A DNA stretch of 64,000 nucleotides from Podarcis liolepis. Taxonomy: Eukaryota. The first letter of the stretch is position 1. Each line of letters starts with the position of its first letter. The notes under the pieces were generated by a model. That model made no database searches, was not told where the DNA came from, and saw nothing but the letters and a program-made list of their open reading frames with translations. The translations under genes and the position numbers were made by a program. The DNA lies in NCBI GenBank assembly GCA_965112155.1, contig OZ218098.1. One strand, given 5' to 3'. Shown piece after piece: positions 29,883-39,465 of the stretch.

Positions 29883-32800
29883 AGGTCCCCGCCGTCACAG
29901 TGGCCCATGGTGGGTGGGGGAGTTCAGGATCCGGCCCGTTGGGCAGATCCAATTCTGCACCCCTGCAATAGATGGGGATGGGGAAAATAATTTCTCCTGC
30001 AGCTTCTGAATCTTGTGGTTTAACAATTGGGAAATTGAAACAGACACTCCGCTTTCCAAAAGATGTTCAGCTCCCAGGCAACAGCCGTTTTTTTCTTATG
30101 CAAACAGACACACAAATGTCGAAAGGCCTGGGCTAAGCAACCCTGTACTGTCCTAGGCACCCGTGGCCAAGGAAGGCACATGCACTTACAGCAACTGTGC
30201 CTTGGATGCACATGCACACATGCTTCTCGCCTCTAGGCATCTGTCCCCAGGTCTGTGCCGTGTGGAGCAGTTACAGCAACAGTGGGACACCCCCCCAGCC
30301 CAGCTTATGTACCCTCATCTGATGGGGTGTGTGAGAGCAGCCTGATGCTTCTCCTACACAGAAGCTGCCACTGCTGTTCCCTCTTCAAGCCTCTCCTGGT
30401 TCTAGGAGGCAGCAGAGCAGGGGATAGTGGGGATTCAGCTGGCCCCTACCTTGCTTGAACAGACTCTTCCTCCAACATGTCCTGCGTGGCCATCTCTATT
30501 CCTCTTCCCCCCCGTCCTGGGTCCTGCCTCATGGCCAGCCCAAATCTCATAAATCTCTGGTCTCCTCTCCTGGATTAATCCACACTCACCAGAGCCCTGC
30601 CAGTCCCTGACATAAACTTACCTCATGCCAAGCCTGTTGCTGTGCTGTTGGACCAGTCACTGAATCCTACATGCACTCTTCCTGAGAAGTGTAGGGGGAA
30701 ATACTAAAAAAGGAAATAGAAACCAGTGGGAGAACAACAGGCATGTTGCCAGCATTGCTGGAAACACAAGCACAATATACCAGTCAGGGACTGTGCCAGC
30801 AATGACATCCACTGTTCATCTGGACACAAGGGAGCCAAAGGACTCATGGTGATCCAGGCATACCCCAGAGCATCCTTCAGCGGGCTCACTCTAAAGGGCA
30901 AAAGTTTGGGAACCAGAGGGGATTTTGAGCCCCAGCAAGGGGAAGGGAGCAACATACCCCCACTCAGCTTTAGCATGCCTTGTTTTAAAAGCAAATTTAC
31001 TGTATATAACAACCAAGCAGTATATCCAGATTGCATCTGTATTTTACCTAATGCAGGCATACGACCACGTAAAAGAGTCTAACTAAATTAATACTCTGAC
31101 TCCTCACTACAGAACATGGCTAAAAAGTCTGCTTCTATAAGACATATGAGCTGTCAGTATTCACTCCACAAGTACATATGGATGTATATTTGTATTAGGA
31201 AATATACTTTTGGATTACACTACTTGGGTCTCTTGTTTGTTGCATAGATTATTCCTGGGAGACGCTTATGGCCAGATTCAACTAAACAGCTGTGCCAGCA
31301 GGAGCCAAGCCAATGAGTCCCACTAATGCCATGAGATTTCTTCTCCACCCCCTACTGACCCCCACCCCAAATTGGCAGAGCAGGAAGCGGGGAGGGAAGC
31401 TTATTCTGTCTGGCAAGCAGCAATGCTTGCACTGACGGAACAATTGGATTAACGCAACATTGAGTTCCACCCACAGAATGCATATTTTTATCGGTTTAAA
31501 ACAAAATATATCAGAGAGGGAGTTCCTGCCGCTCAAACCCAGACATCAGAGAACAGCTTCCTATGCATGATGCAGCAATTGGATACATCATGTCGCACTT
31601 GGAAAGTGAGATGTGGAGGGGTGCTGAATGTTGGGGTCACACAGGGCGCTGCTGAAATTAAAAGCCCAAAGCCACTGTTCTCTTTCTAGGCTGCACAGAA
31701 TGGGGTGTGGGAAAGATCCTTTAGCAATAGGAAAAGAGCCCGCTGAGAGTAAAGGGTGGCCCAAGAAGGCAGCAATGACTGGAGGACATCGTCTCGGGGT
31801 CTCCATGTGTTTGCTTGTGAGGAGTTAAGAGAGTGGTGCCACTTGAGTGCCCAGGCAGTGATCATGCCTCAGCTCCCCATCACTGGAGGACAGAAAGAGA
31901 GCGTCCTGACTATAGGCAGACTCACTCCCTTCCCCTTTGGGGGTAGCAGTGGAACTCAGTGTACAGTGACAGCTTGTTCCGCTTCATGCATCCGTGCTGC
32001 TTTCTGAAAGCAGAGTCCTTAATTTGCCCCAGTTGGCAAGAAGGTTGTGGCCAGATACCAGAGCCTGAAATGAGTCCAGGAAATGTATTTGAAGTGCATC
32101 AGCAGAATGCGTTTCACTTTATAAAAGATGTAAGCATAAAGAATATTAAAGATAAATTAAAAGCACATAATATATTAATGAATCTTGAGAAGGAAAGGAT
32201 AATATAAAGAACAGTGTATACAATACAATAAAATACATTGATTACATAAAAAAACAAAATAGGATATGAATATGCAATCTGAAGCCCCAAAGTGAAATAA
32301 CTGTTCTATGTTGTGTTGGGATTAATAAAAATTTACCTTTTAAATTTAGCTCTACTTAGACAGAAGAAAAATATCAAAAAAATCTAATTGAACAACTATG
32401 GCAAACTAAATTTGTGGCATGTAGAACTTAAACCAACTCTACTCTGATTTGTCACCTAAAACTCCCACCAGACCAGTTCAAGCTAATGCTATGTTACCTA
32501 TGGTCTAAATATTAAGAAAAGAGAAATGAAAGTATATCTACCTATCCAAGCAGGGCCTCAAAGGATCAAGTTACTGTGGGCTTAGGGGAGATTTGGAAGA
32601 TGGATCCGATTGGTAGGATTCAGAAGAATCCAAGTGGAGCGGAAAGACTGAGAAACAAAATTGTGACATTTAACCCTCACCAGAAACAAGCAAAAATTAA
32701 ATAACAAAACTGTATATATAAAAACTGCTAAAATTTAAATCTGCTCAAGATTGCTTGTGAGCCAGAGATCCAAACCCAAAGGGCTACTTTAGGGGAATAT

Positions 32801-35800
32801 TATTATAATATTTCTTCAAAACCAAAGAAGGGACAGTTTCAAAGTAAGAAATCCTTTCTTCTCTCAAAGAGAAGGCGAAAAGGTAAACTGGGTTCCCAAG
32901 GCCCCAGAATAAGCAAAGGCATATTAGCAAACTGGTGCTAAGCTAAACATAAATTGAAATGAAATGAAGTATAACAAAATAGAATAAAGCAAAGAAGTGA
33001 GCTGTAGCACTAAGCACAATCTCTTTTTGATCCACCATTGACACCCCAAATGTTCTGCCTTTTGATTTATTGTTTGTTGTCACCTCACTTTTTCCTCACC
33101 AAAAAAAAAAAAAAATCTCTTCTGTATTTGTAACTGGCAAGTCATGGAGCAGACATCTGCAGAAACAGTTTACCATTGTTTTATGGGACTGATGTATTCT
33201 CAAGCCTTATCGGGGTGCAGGGAGAATTGTGAAGGTCGTCTAGTGCTGCTAGCCAAATGGAGTAACAAATCTTCGTATCTTTTCTGTACTGGCGTACTGT
33301 CTTAACTTGACTAAGGCCTTGTCAGCATTTTTTCTCCCCACATTGCAGAGTCCAGGCAGCGAGAGGCATCTTTGCCATCCGTACAGACCTTCCCGTCTGC
33401 TTAATACTATGAGCCAGTTTCTTGACTGAAGTTTGCTTCCATTCCACTCCATAGCTCTCTGCGGGCAATCACCTTCCCCATGCATGCAGATTCCCTTCAG
33501 AATGAGCTACGTAACATGATCCACTAGGGGGAAAGTGCTCAGGAGTCAGTGTTTGCAATGGTTAGAGTGGATTGCCTCGCCTTTGCCAACAGAATGCTTA
33601 CTTAAATGTGTGGAAGACACTGCTCCCTCCTCTTGGAGAAGGGTGTCAGAACCGGACAGTTCAGACATGACATGTGACGAAGGACATGGGTGGGGCAGAA
33701 TTGAAGACCCTATCAGAGTGTTTCCTATCCCCAGAGTTCCTTCTGGGAAGCTCTAATTGTGCATGACATGAGGCTAGAAAAAAACAGACCTAGGCTATAT
33801 ATCCTATCATTTGAGCTGCTGGTGGTGAGACAGGCTGCAGGCTTACATTGTATCCTATGTACTGCCGCACCAACATGGGTGAGGCAGGAGGTGTGTGGGG
33901 CTGGGCAGCTATTCCCCTCCCTTGTCACACTGAAGTCCATGGAAGGTGGTACTGACATGAAGTTGTGCAGCCAAGGGTGTTGGCCTGGCTGTGGTAGGAG
34001 TACAGTGCAACCTCGGTTTTCGAACATAATCTGTTCCGGAAGTCTGTTCAACTTCCAAAATGTTCAAAAACCAAGGAACAAAGGGCTATCAGCAAGTTCA
34101 ATGGGGAAAATTGAAAAATGCACCTTGGAAGTTCAAAAACGTAAGCATTCACTTTCAGGTTTTCAGCATTCAGCTTCCAAAACATTCGGCAGCCGAGACA
34201 TTCAAAAACCAAAGGTTTGACTGTATAGGATTTGAAGCAAGTATGCTCCTCTCAGCCCTTGACTCCATCAGCATATGGGAGGAAGAGTTTCGCCAGCATA
34301 TGTGTCATGCCGATGGGCTTCCACCACTTTCTAAAGCCCATCAGCCTGCAGATCTTGAGTATAGGATCACACACATAGTTACCTCAATAAGCAGCACAGC
34401 TGATATGTGCAGCATCTGTAGTTCCAGTTACCACCATTGCAACACACACCTGTCCTCCCTGGGGCTGGCAGCAGAAGCCCTGCTGCCCCCTTAAGAATGA
34501 TGGCATTCCTCATGTCTTTGACAGGAACCCGGCACTTTCTGCTCCTGTGCTGTGTCCGTCCTGAGGATTCGGGCCAGGTCCGCTTTGTGGCAAAGGCAGC
34601 TGCTTCTGAAGCCCGCCTGGAAGTGGAGGGTAAGGGAGCTGCTTCACCATTGGTCCTCAGCCAATATCATGTGAGAATGGATTGCAATGATAGGCAAACA
34701 TGGATTGATGTGATTGACCATTGCAGGAGAAGTGTGATGCCACCCAGTGTATGTTATGGATTCACAGTGTTTTGATAAATGGAGGTCTCTGTTACTCTGG
34801 GTCACTGGCTGTACTATTATAGAGAGAGATTTCCATTACACAAGGTTATGAGCATAATCTCAACCTGACCAACCATAAGATACTTTCTGCCACATCTTCT
34901 ACATTTTTCAGCCTATATACTCTGCAACATAAATAGAATAAAGAACTCTAAATATAGGCAGGTGGGAAGAATGGGCTGGGATTAGCAGGTGTGGTAGCAA
35001 AGTGTGTGTGTGATGTGGGGAGTCTGGGCAAGCAGGCCTGTATCTGGGAAGATCTATGAATGGATGCATGTATGAGTTGGTATCAACTTAAGGGAACACA
35101 CAACTTGTGTTGATGAATGGTAGGATTGCATGTTAGGCAGGTTGCTGGGTATGTATCGTATCTAGCAAAGGACAAAGGTTGGTGCCTGTGTGGGGTTTGA
35201 GGCTCCATCCCTAGCCAGCTTGAGCCTCTTTGGAGTTGCTTTGATCCAACCATCTCTGGAGGGACTGGAACGTGTGCATGTGTCTGCTGCTTCCATAGCA
35301 CTGCCCATCCGCATCGTGAAGCCGCTGAGGGACAAGACTGTGCTCGCACGGCACAAAGCCACGCTGGAATGCACAGTGTCTCAGTCTCGTGGCCGAGTGC
35401 GCTGGTTCCGTGGGGACACAGAGATCTTTGCTGGCAACAAGTACGAAATCTGCAACTTGGACTGCTACCGAACCCTCGTTATCCACAGCGTTGAGCCTGC
35501 AGATGAGGGCCTGTATACATGTGATGCACTGGACGACCGCTCCACGGCCCGTCTGCTGGTGGAAGGTTAGGGGGAACATGCAAGTACCATGAAGAACTAC
35601 AGAGGGGTGGAGATGGGTGGGCCCAGAGGGGAGCTGGCAAACAATGCTGTGGATTTGGTATGAAGTTGTCTGCTAGCCAGGGTAGAGGGGATAATGATGA
35701 AAAGCAGGCAGTGCCACTGTAGGGGGACAGGCAGGCTGCTGTGTCACATGGGAAACTGGTGCTGTTCTCTGCCCCTGCAGCTGAAGGGATCCAGGTGGTG

Positions 35801-36568
35801 CGAGCATTGCGGAACGTAGATGTGGTGGCTCCTGCAGAGGCTTGGTTTGAGTGCGAAATCTCTGCTCCCCCGGCATGCAGCCCGCAGTGGAGTCTCAATG
35901 GAGAAGACTTGCAGCCCGGCTCACAAGTGCGCATGGAGAGCATGGGGCATGTCCACAGGCTGAGGCTCTGCCAGACAACCCCTGGCATGAGTGGGATGGT
36001 GAAAGTTACAATTGGCAATGCCCGTTCTAAAGCCCACCTCACAGTCCGAGGTACGTGTGCCTGGCAGCAGAGTGGGTTGGTAGCAGGGAAGGAATTGAAG
36101 AGGGTATGTGTGTTTGTGTGTTCCAGGACATAAAAATGCAAGCTGTTTTCTATCCTAAAATGGCGGAATGGTGAACCCTTGTCCTGTAGAAAGAACCATG
36201 GGAGAAAAAGACCAGTCCTTCTGCATGGTTTTGGGCGCTGCTGTAGACCTAGCTTGGTCACAACAAGACAGTGAGATGACACATTGGTGCTGGGTGACAG
36301 AATGAAGAAGGGAAAGCTGGGCTGTGTGCTTGGGTTCAACAAGAGACACTCTAAGCCATGGGTAGCCAGTGTGGTGCCCCACAGTTGCTGTTGGGACTCC
36401 CATTAGCCCGGATCACTGGCCCCGTTGGCTGGGACTGAGCACCTGGAGGGCCACAGGTCCCCTATCCCTGGTCTAAGAGTATCACTGAAGGAAGGAGAGG
36501 TGGTTGAACGGTGCCTCTGCCTTGATAGCATTTCTCTCTAATGCCTTATTCTCTTCACAGAGCGCTAG
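3779..36568 (+). CDS. OBSL1: Obscurin-like protein 1, 3' portion (19 coding exons in window, 16 Ig I-set domains; 5' exons lie upstream of the window)
   Basis: Chain of GT-AG exons, mostly 267-276 nt and phase 1-1. Each encodes an obscurin-type Ig repeat (EPPV...V.W.KDG...R.L.I...D.G.Y.C). Spliced frame is continuous to TAG at 36566-36568. Synteny with TMEM198 and CHPF matches human 2q35. Confidence 0.93.
4705..4907 (+). mobile_element. tRNA-derived (MIR/CORE-like) squamate SINE with (AAAT)n tail
   Basis: A-box-like tggtgtagtg, B-box-like ggttcaaat, core tctctcagcctaaccaacctcacaagg, A-rich tail. Confidence 0.7.
4921..5193 (+). CDS. OBSL1: OBSL1 Ig exon (ELPVRVLH...FFNVTVT), 273 nt
   Basis: Acceptor tcccctgcag, donor AG|gtaagc; WYKDG and DTGEFAC motifs. 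Confidence 0.9.
5445..5720 (+). CDS. OBSL1: OBSL1 Ig exon (EPPVQILH...SFDVRVS), 276 nt
   Basis: Acceptor gtcttgtag, donor AG|gtgagc; WFKDG and DAGEYIC motifs. Confidence 0.92.
5905..5990. mobile_element. Short hAT MITE
   Basis: CAGGG...CCCTG termini; TSD ctctagtc/gtctagtc. Confidence 0.6.
6317..6646 (+). mobile_element. Sauria SINE (5'-truncated)
   Basis: B box gttcgaatcc; diagnostic gtagataaataggtacc and atgctggccacatgacc segments; (ACCTTT)n tail. Confidence 0.9.
6724..7215 (-). mobile_element. CR1-type LINE 3' fragment
   Basis: gaacataaga (reverse of the TTCTTATG tail) plus ctgctggatcag...ggcatcctg...acagtggccaa 3'-UTR motif; reverse of the copy at 46150-46448. Confidence 0.65.
8095..8370 (+). 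CDS. OBSL1: OBSL1 Ig exon (EPPVKIVQ...AFAVQVS), 276 nt
   Basis: Acceptor ctccttccag, donor G|gtgagt; WVKDG and HSGKYTC motifs. Confidence 0.92.
10855..11058 (-). mobile_element. L2-like LINE 3' end
   Basis: Reverse strand encodes LWNSLP (L2/CR1 RT C-terminal motif); gccccagccactct 3' motif shared with 44880-45040. Confidence 0.65.
12044..12083. repeat. (CA)n microsatellite, about 20 units
   Basis: Directly visible. Confidence 0.95.
12908..13183 (+). CDS. OBSL1: OBSL1 Ig exon (DPPVRIVG...IFYVTVE), 276 nt
   Basis: Acceptor ctggcag, donor G|gtaagg; WYKDG and DAGEYLC motifs. Confidence 0.92.
13230..13990 (-). mobile_element. Degraded L1/Tx1-clade LINE ORF2 3' fragment
   Basis: Reverse strand at 13699-13676 encodes YKILYQWH, followed by a broken W-R-C...H segment resembling the L1 ORF2 C-terminal region; boundaries approximate. 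Confidence 0.45.
15266..15541 (+). CDS. OBSL1: OBSL1 Ig exon (EPPISIVG...ESTVKVA), 276 nt
   Basis: Long pyrimidine tract plus ctaag acceptor, donor AG|gtgagg; WLRNG and DSGSYVC motifs. Confidence 0.9.
16818..17112. mobile_element. hAT MITE
   Basis: TIRs TAGGGTTGCCAT / ATGGCAAGCCTA; perfect 8-bp TSD GCCTATGT (16810-16817, 17113-17120). Confidence 0.9.
17719..17994 (+). CDS. OBSL1: OBSL1 Ig exon (APPVHIVN...HFTTYVQ), 276 nt
   Basis: Acceptor gttaccag, donor AG|gtaaga; WLKN and DSGTYTC motifs. Confidence 0.9.
18547..18822 (+). CDS. OBSL1: OBSL1 Ig exon (EAPVLFVP...RFELSVK), 276 nt
   Basis: Acceptor cttcttccgctag, donor AG|gtgaga; DAGEYIC motif. Confidence 0.88.
19248..19367. mobile_element. 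Short palindromic MITE-like repeat (ggactacaa-tcccat family)
   Basis: ccagatgttttggactaca ... tgtagtctgaaacatctgg arms; related pieces near 18990 and 53255. Confidence 0.55.
20909..21175 (+). CDS. OBSL1: OBSL1 Ig exon (ELPVKFVR...AILTVQ), 267 nt
   Basis: Acceptor ctcctcag, donor A|gtgagt; WLKDG and DAGEYSC motifs. Confidence 0.92.
21190..21386 (+). mobile_element. tRNA-derived squamate SINE
   Basis: agctcagtgg A-box-like head; ctggagagctgctgccagtc body; ataaggcagctacctat tail. Confidence 0.65.
21604..21873 (+). CDS. OBSL1: OBSL1 Ig exon (IPRSVEII...ARLSVQ), 270 nt
   Basis: Acceptor ttcttccccag, donor AG|gtaaga; LTVLEGDDATF motif. Confidence 0.9.
22486..22752 (+). CDS. OBSL1: OBSL1 Ig exon (EAQVIFVQ...ARLSVE), 267 nt
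   Basis: Acceptor cttcctgcag, donor C|gtaggt; AEEGQDVCLEVE and DRGTYRC motifs. Confidence 0.9.
22872..23400 (+). mobile_element. L2-like LINE 3' fragment
   Basis: Degraded ELHWLPI...LNGFGPKYLKE RT C-terminal signature, followed by T-rich 3' UTR and aataaa tail. Confidence 0.55.
23512..23778 (+). CDS. OBSL1: OBSL1 Ig exon (PRRVTVRK...ARLTVQ), 267 nt
   Basis: Acceptor ctacttcag, donor AG|gtactg; WTRDG and DSGTVAF motifs. Confidence 0.9.
23950..23998. repeat. (TTCC)n microsatellite
   Basis: About 12 units, directly visible. Confidence 0.95.
24289..24631. mobile_element. Non-autonomous hAT transposon
   Basis: Perfect 11-bp TIR CAGGGATGGGG/CCCCATCCCTG; TSD cactagtt/cactagtc. Confidence 0.85.
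25293..25405 (+). CDS. OBSL1: OBSL1 half-Ig exon (EPPVTMLR...VKWYK), 113 nt
   Basis: Acceptor tccctgcag, donor AAG|gtgagg (phase 0); completes a 267-nt Ig unit with 25672-25825. Confidence 0.9.
25672..25825 (+). CDS. OBSL1: OBSL1 half-Ig exon (DGEEIQTG...AKLRVF), 154 nt
   Basis: Acceptor gccctag, donor G|gtatga; DAGEYTC motif; the WYK|DG junction is reconstituted on splicing. Confidence 0.9.
26594..26799. mobile_element. Tc1/mariner (Tigger-like) MITE
   Basis: Perfect 18-bp TIR CAGTGGTACCTCAGGTTA/TAACCTGAGGTACCACTG; TA TSD; internal taacctgaag subrepeats. Confidence 0.9.
27991..28152 (+). CDS. OBSL1: OBSL1 half-Ig exon (ERQVQIVR...KIRQE), 162 nt
   Basis: Acceptor cctctgtag, donor AG|gtaagt; FMCEVS and WFRDG motifs. 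Confidence 0.92.
28276..28622. mobile_element. Degenerate palindromic non-autonomous DNA transposon
   Basis: Imperfect terminal inverted repeats (ggctgcattcagac..aaaccat / tggtttg..tctgagtcaccc); internal aaccatagtt repeats. Confidence 0.4.
29010..29190 (+). mobile_element. tRNA-derived squamate SINE
   Basis: ttgcatgcaaaaagtctcaggttcaat head; ttggagagctgctgccagtcag body. Confidence 0.65.
29455..29965. mobile_element. hAT non-autonomous element containing a (GATT)n microsatellite (29848-29883)
   Basis: CA...CCCCTG termini; TSD caacagat/caatagat. Confidence 0.55.
34003..34223. mobile_element. Tc1/mariner (Tigger-like) MITE, degenerate
   Basis: TA-CAGTGCAACCTCGGTTTTCGAA ... TTCAAAAACCAAAGGTTTGACTG-TA. 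Confidence 0.7.
34525..34629 (+). CDS. OBSL1: OBSL1 half-Ig exon (GTRHFLLL...ARLEVE), 105 nt
   Basis: Acceptor tctttgacag, donor G|gtaagg; 162+105=267 nt Ig unit. Confidence 0.88.
35299..35565 (+). CDS. OBSL1: OBSL1 Ig exon (ALPIRIVK...ARLLVE), 267 nt
   Basis: Acceptor ttccatag, donor AG|gttagg; WFRG and DEGLYTC motifs. Confidence 0.92.
35781..36050 (+). CDS. OBSL1: OBSL1 last Ig exon (AEGIQVVR...AHLTVR), 270 nt
   Basis: Acceptor cccctgcag, donor AG|gtacgt; FECEIS and WSLNG motifs. Confidence 0.85.
36357..36470. mobile_element. Short hAT MITE
   Basis: CATGG...CCCTG ends; TSD ctctaagc/gtctaaga; related to 5905-5990. Confidence 0.45.
36561..36568 (+). CDS. OBSL1: OBSL1 terminal coding mini-exon (E-R-stop), followed by a short 3' UTR
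   Basis: Strong acceptor ttattctcttcacag|AG CGC TAG, in frame with the previous phase-1 donor; poly(A) signal about 190 nt downstream. Confidence 0.7.
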
Positions 36569-36759
36569 CATCAGGGAGACCCTGTGAGCAAAAGAGCCAC
36601 GTGTGAGCATGGAAAGCCCTGGGGCTACCAGGGGAAGGTGGAGACAGCATGTTTGACACTTGCATGGACAGCCTGAAGAATTGTACACACACAGAGAGAG
36701 AGATAATTCCTCTTCCTATCTCCCTCTTCTGCATGACAAGGGAAGCAAGATCTGCTTTT

Positions 36760-36805
36760 ATTAAATGCTCTTGATTCCTGGTTTGTTTATTATTGTTGTT
36801 ATGCT
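36760..36805 (+). terminator. Probable OBSL1 polyadenylation signal (ATTAAA) with GU/U-rich downstream element
   Basis: ATTAAA at 36760-36765 followed by ggtttgtttattattgttgtt. Confidence 0.6.
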
Positions 36806-37384
36806 GGTGCTCTTTGGTAGGTGAGATGCCTCTTCTGGGCGGGATGTCTCATCAGTTGCCTAGACAAGCAGAAGGATAGTGAGGCACTGGAGCTGTGCCA
36901 CCTGTGCCTCAGCACACCCTTCAGCACGCTCCAGTGTAAGGCTTTTTAAACTGCAGGGACAGCTCCCCTGCAGTATCTAGAAAACACAGGCGAGTAGGTG
37001 GGCGTGTTGCTGTGACAGGCGACTGCTGTTTCCTCCTTCTCTCAATGCCCCATTGCAGAAGAGAGGCTGAGGCAATACCCGGCTTCGCAAAAGAGGTGGG
37101 AAGAGCCCCATGCTAGGGCGCATACACTGGGCAGCATAGATAGGTGTGTGCATATGTATTTCTAAGCCCCACCCCTCTGGGAAAACCTGAAGTCCGAGAA
37201 GAGGAAGGAAGGGCCATGGGCTGTGAAGAGAGCCCACAGATGGGGGTGGATAGAAGGGATTGTCTGGGGTGTAACTAAAACTATGGTTTAACGTTTGCCT
37301 CCCTGCTCTGGAGCAACCTTCCCCAATAGAATGCTGTTCATGTTTTGGATGACAACTCTCATCAGTCCCAGCCAGCACAACACA

Positions 37385-37555
37385 GGGAAAGGGCCTAGGA
37401 GCTATGTGCAGATGGGCTCAGTTTCAAGCTTTAGCACCCACAAGTAGGATTGGGAGAACTTCCTGCCTGAAACACTGGAGAGCTGCTGCTAATTGGTGCA
37501 GACAGTACTGAGCTAGATGGACCAATTTTCTGCAAGTGGGATCTTTATGTTCCTC
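37385..37555 (+). mobile_element. tRNA-derived squamate SINE in the OBSL1-TMEM198 intergenic gap
   Basis: ctggagagctgctgc...cagtactgagctagatggaccaa body. Confidence 0.6.
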
Positions 37556-37875
37556 TGCTCTCTTTCCTCCAAACATGGTTCTGCTCATGCCCCCCCGACC
37601 ACCACCATGTGCACAGACCCATTGTTTGCCATTCTACCGCCATGCAGAAAGAAGTGGTGGCTCAGGATCTCTTCTGGTTAAAGGTCTGCTGCACATGCTG
37701 CCTCAAGTTGTGGACCCCATTCCTCACCCTCATTCTCCTTCTGTGCCCAGTCCAGGCTTGCCTCATGCCCACGTCCAAGATCCAAGCTCATGCATGTGTG
37801 GTAGTGTTTGTGCCGCAGTCCAACGCTTGTGGCCCATTTCATTCATGGAGAGGCTGCTCTGAAAGGCTTTTTTTT

Positions 37876-37881
37876 TTTACT
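37876..37881 (-). terminator. Candidate TMEM198 poly(A) signal (AGTAAA variant)
   Basis: tttact on + strand, at the end of a motif-rich UTR-like block; it abuts a genomic A-run, so internal priming could mimic it. Confidence 0.3.
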
Positions 37882-39318
37882 TGCGCAGCCGCAGCCCGGC
37901 AGCGTTTGGCACATATACAAAGAGAAAGAGAGGACAAAACAAAGAAAAACGAGAGTGCAAGGTTTCTGTGGTGACAACAGTGGCGATTGGTGACAGAAAC
38001 ATGCAGTTTCTCCATGAAGGAGAGGCTTTTCTGAGCTGTGCTGGACCCTCCCTTGCCCCCATCCTGAAACAGATGGTGAATCCTCCCTGCTCCTGTCCCC
38101 TTAAAGATGGAGACACTGAGAGACTCACAGCCCCCACCTCCCACACGATAGATAACAAGGAGACAAGCTCCAAATGTGGGGGCCACCACACTTTGACAGG
38201 GTCCTGTGCAGGGGGACACTCCCACCCCAGCTCTTTGAGGCTAGGTAAGGTAAAAAAGGGTGACACCCATCCCCAGGCATGGGCCTGAAGGGAAAGATAC
38301 GAAGACTGCAGGACCCTGCCCCCCAACCCCGGGTCCAGCAGAGCTCTTCAGGCCCAACTCTTTGTCAATAATAAATTAATACAAATAACTGCAACAAGAA
38401 TATGTACATGGATGTTCCCCCCAGTCCCAGTCCCCTGACTACCCTGACCCTCACTCCAAAATGAGGAACAGGGGGAAGGGGAAGTAGGAGGGGGGTATCG
38501 AAAAGGCTCATTGCCTGGATACCAGCCGAATGCCCCATACTTGCTCCAGCTCCACCTCACACATGCTCACACGCTCACACTTGCACACTTCAACAATTAG
38601 ACAGCCCAGCCCAGGAGGCCCAGATGCCCACCCCTCCCTCCTCCCTTCCCTCCTTGAGTTGCCCATTCAAACAGTATGCCAGGCACTGGTATGGGCAAGG
38701 GGCCCGGGGCCCAGAGGACCCCATTTCCCTGAGCTGGCTGCCCCAGCCAGACTAGAGTGAACTGAGTCAAATCCTACCACTTGTGCCCTGAAATAGTCCT
38801 TGCGGGGGTCAGTTCAGGCAAAGACAAAGCTCCAGGACAAGGAGTGGGTCCATCGTGTGGCAAGACAACAGCACAGGAACATCCCGTTGGCCCCTCCATG
38901 TATGAGTCACTCCAACAGTGGTGGGTGGGGAATGTTGACAGTTCCTTGTCATTTTCATGCAGGCGATTGGCTCTTTCCTTTCCACCCTTCACTGCATTCC
39001 GCAGTCCTGGCTCGGGTGGGTTAGCAACCAGGTCTCTCTTCAGCCCTTTGCCCCAAGCACCTGCTCATGTACGCTTTCCTTGCCCCTTGTTGCAGGGCAG
39101 CTTAGCTGGAGCCAGAGTTGCGCTGGGGATAATTCCGCATATCCTTGCAGTGTGAGAGAAACTGGGCTACAACTGCATGTCCAGGCCAGGTCTACGAATG
39201 CCAGCAAAGAGTATCTGCAAGTCCTCATGGGAACACAAGCGCTAGGCTAAGCCCACACGGCCTGACCTGCGTGACCGTGCGAGTGCAGCGTCCTTGTGAC
39301 CTGGCGGGAGGTGCTGCA

Positions 39319-39465
39319 CTATACCCGCATTGCAGGGCCAGAGCCCGTTGTCAGGGGCACGGTGGAGCCACAGTCATAGTCAATGTCAATGGCTGCATGA
39401 GCGTTGGCCAGGAGGCTGTTGAGAGAGGATCCCGTCTGCCGCTCCCGGAAGCTCTGTATGTAGCT
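39319..39465 (-). CDS. TMEM198: TMEM198 last coding exon ([10 protein letters not shown]...GPAMRV*)
   Basis: Acceptor tcctccttgtag on - strand; TAG at 39321-39319; 147 nt. Confidence 0.92.
   Translation of the reverse strand, partial: SYIQSFRERQTGSSLNSLLANAHAAIDIDYDCGSTVPLTTGSGPAMRV

Noticed and set aside
32080-33000. AT-rich block in the long OBSL1 intron, possibly an old retroelement
   Set aside because: No diagnostic motif or boundary that I could support without a repeat search.
35479-36342. 287-aa - strand ORF
   Set aside because: Antisense to two OBSL1 exons in GC-rich DNA; no motif or splice support.
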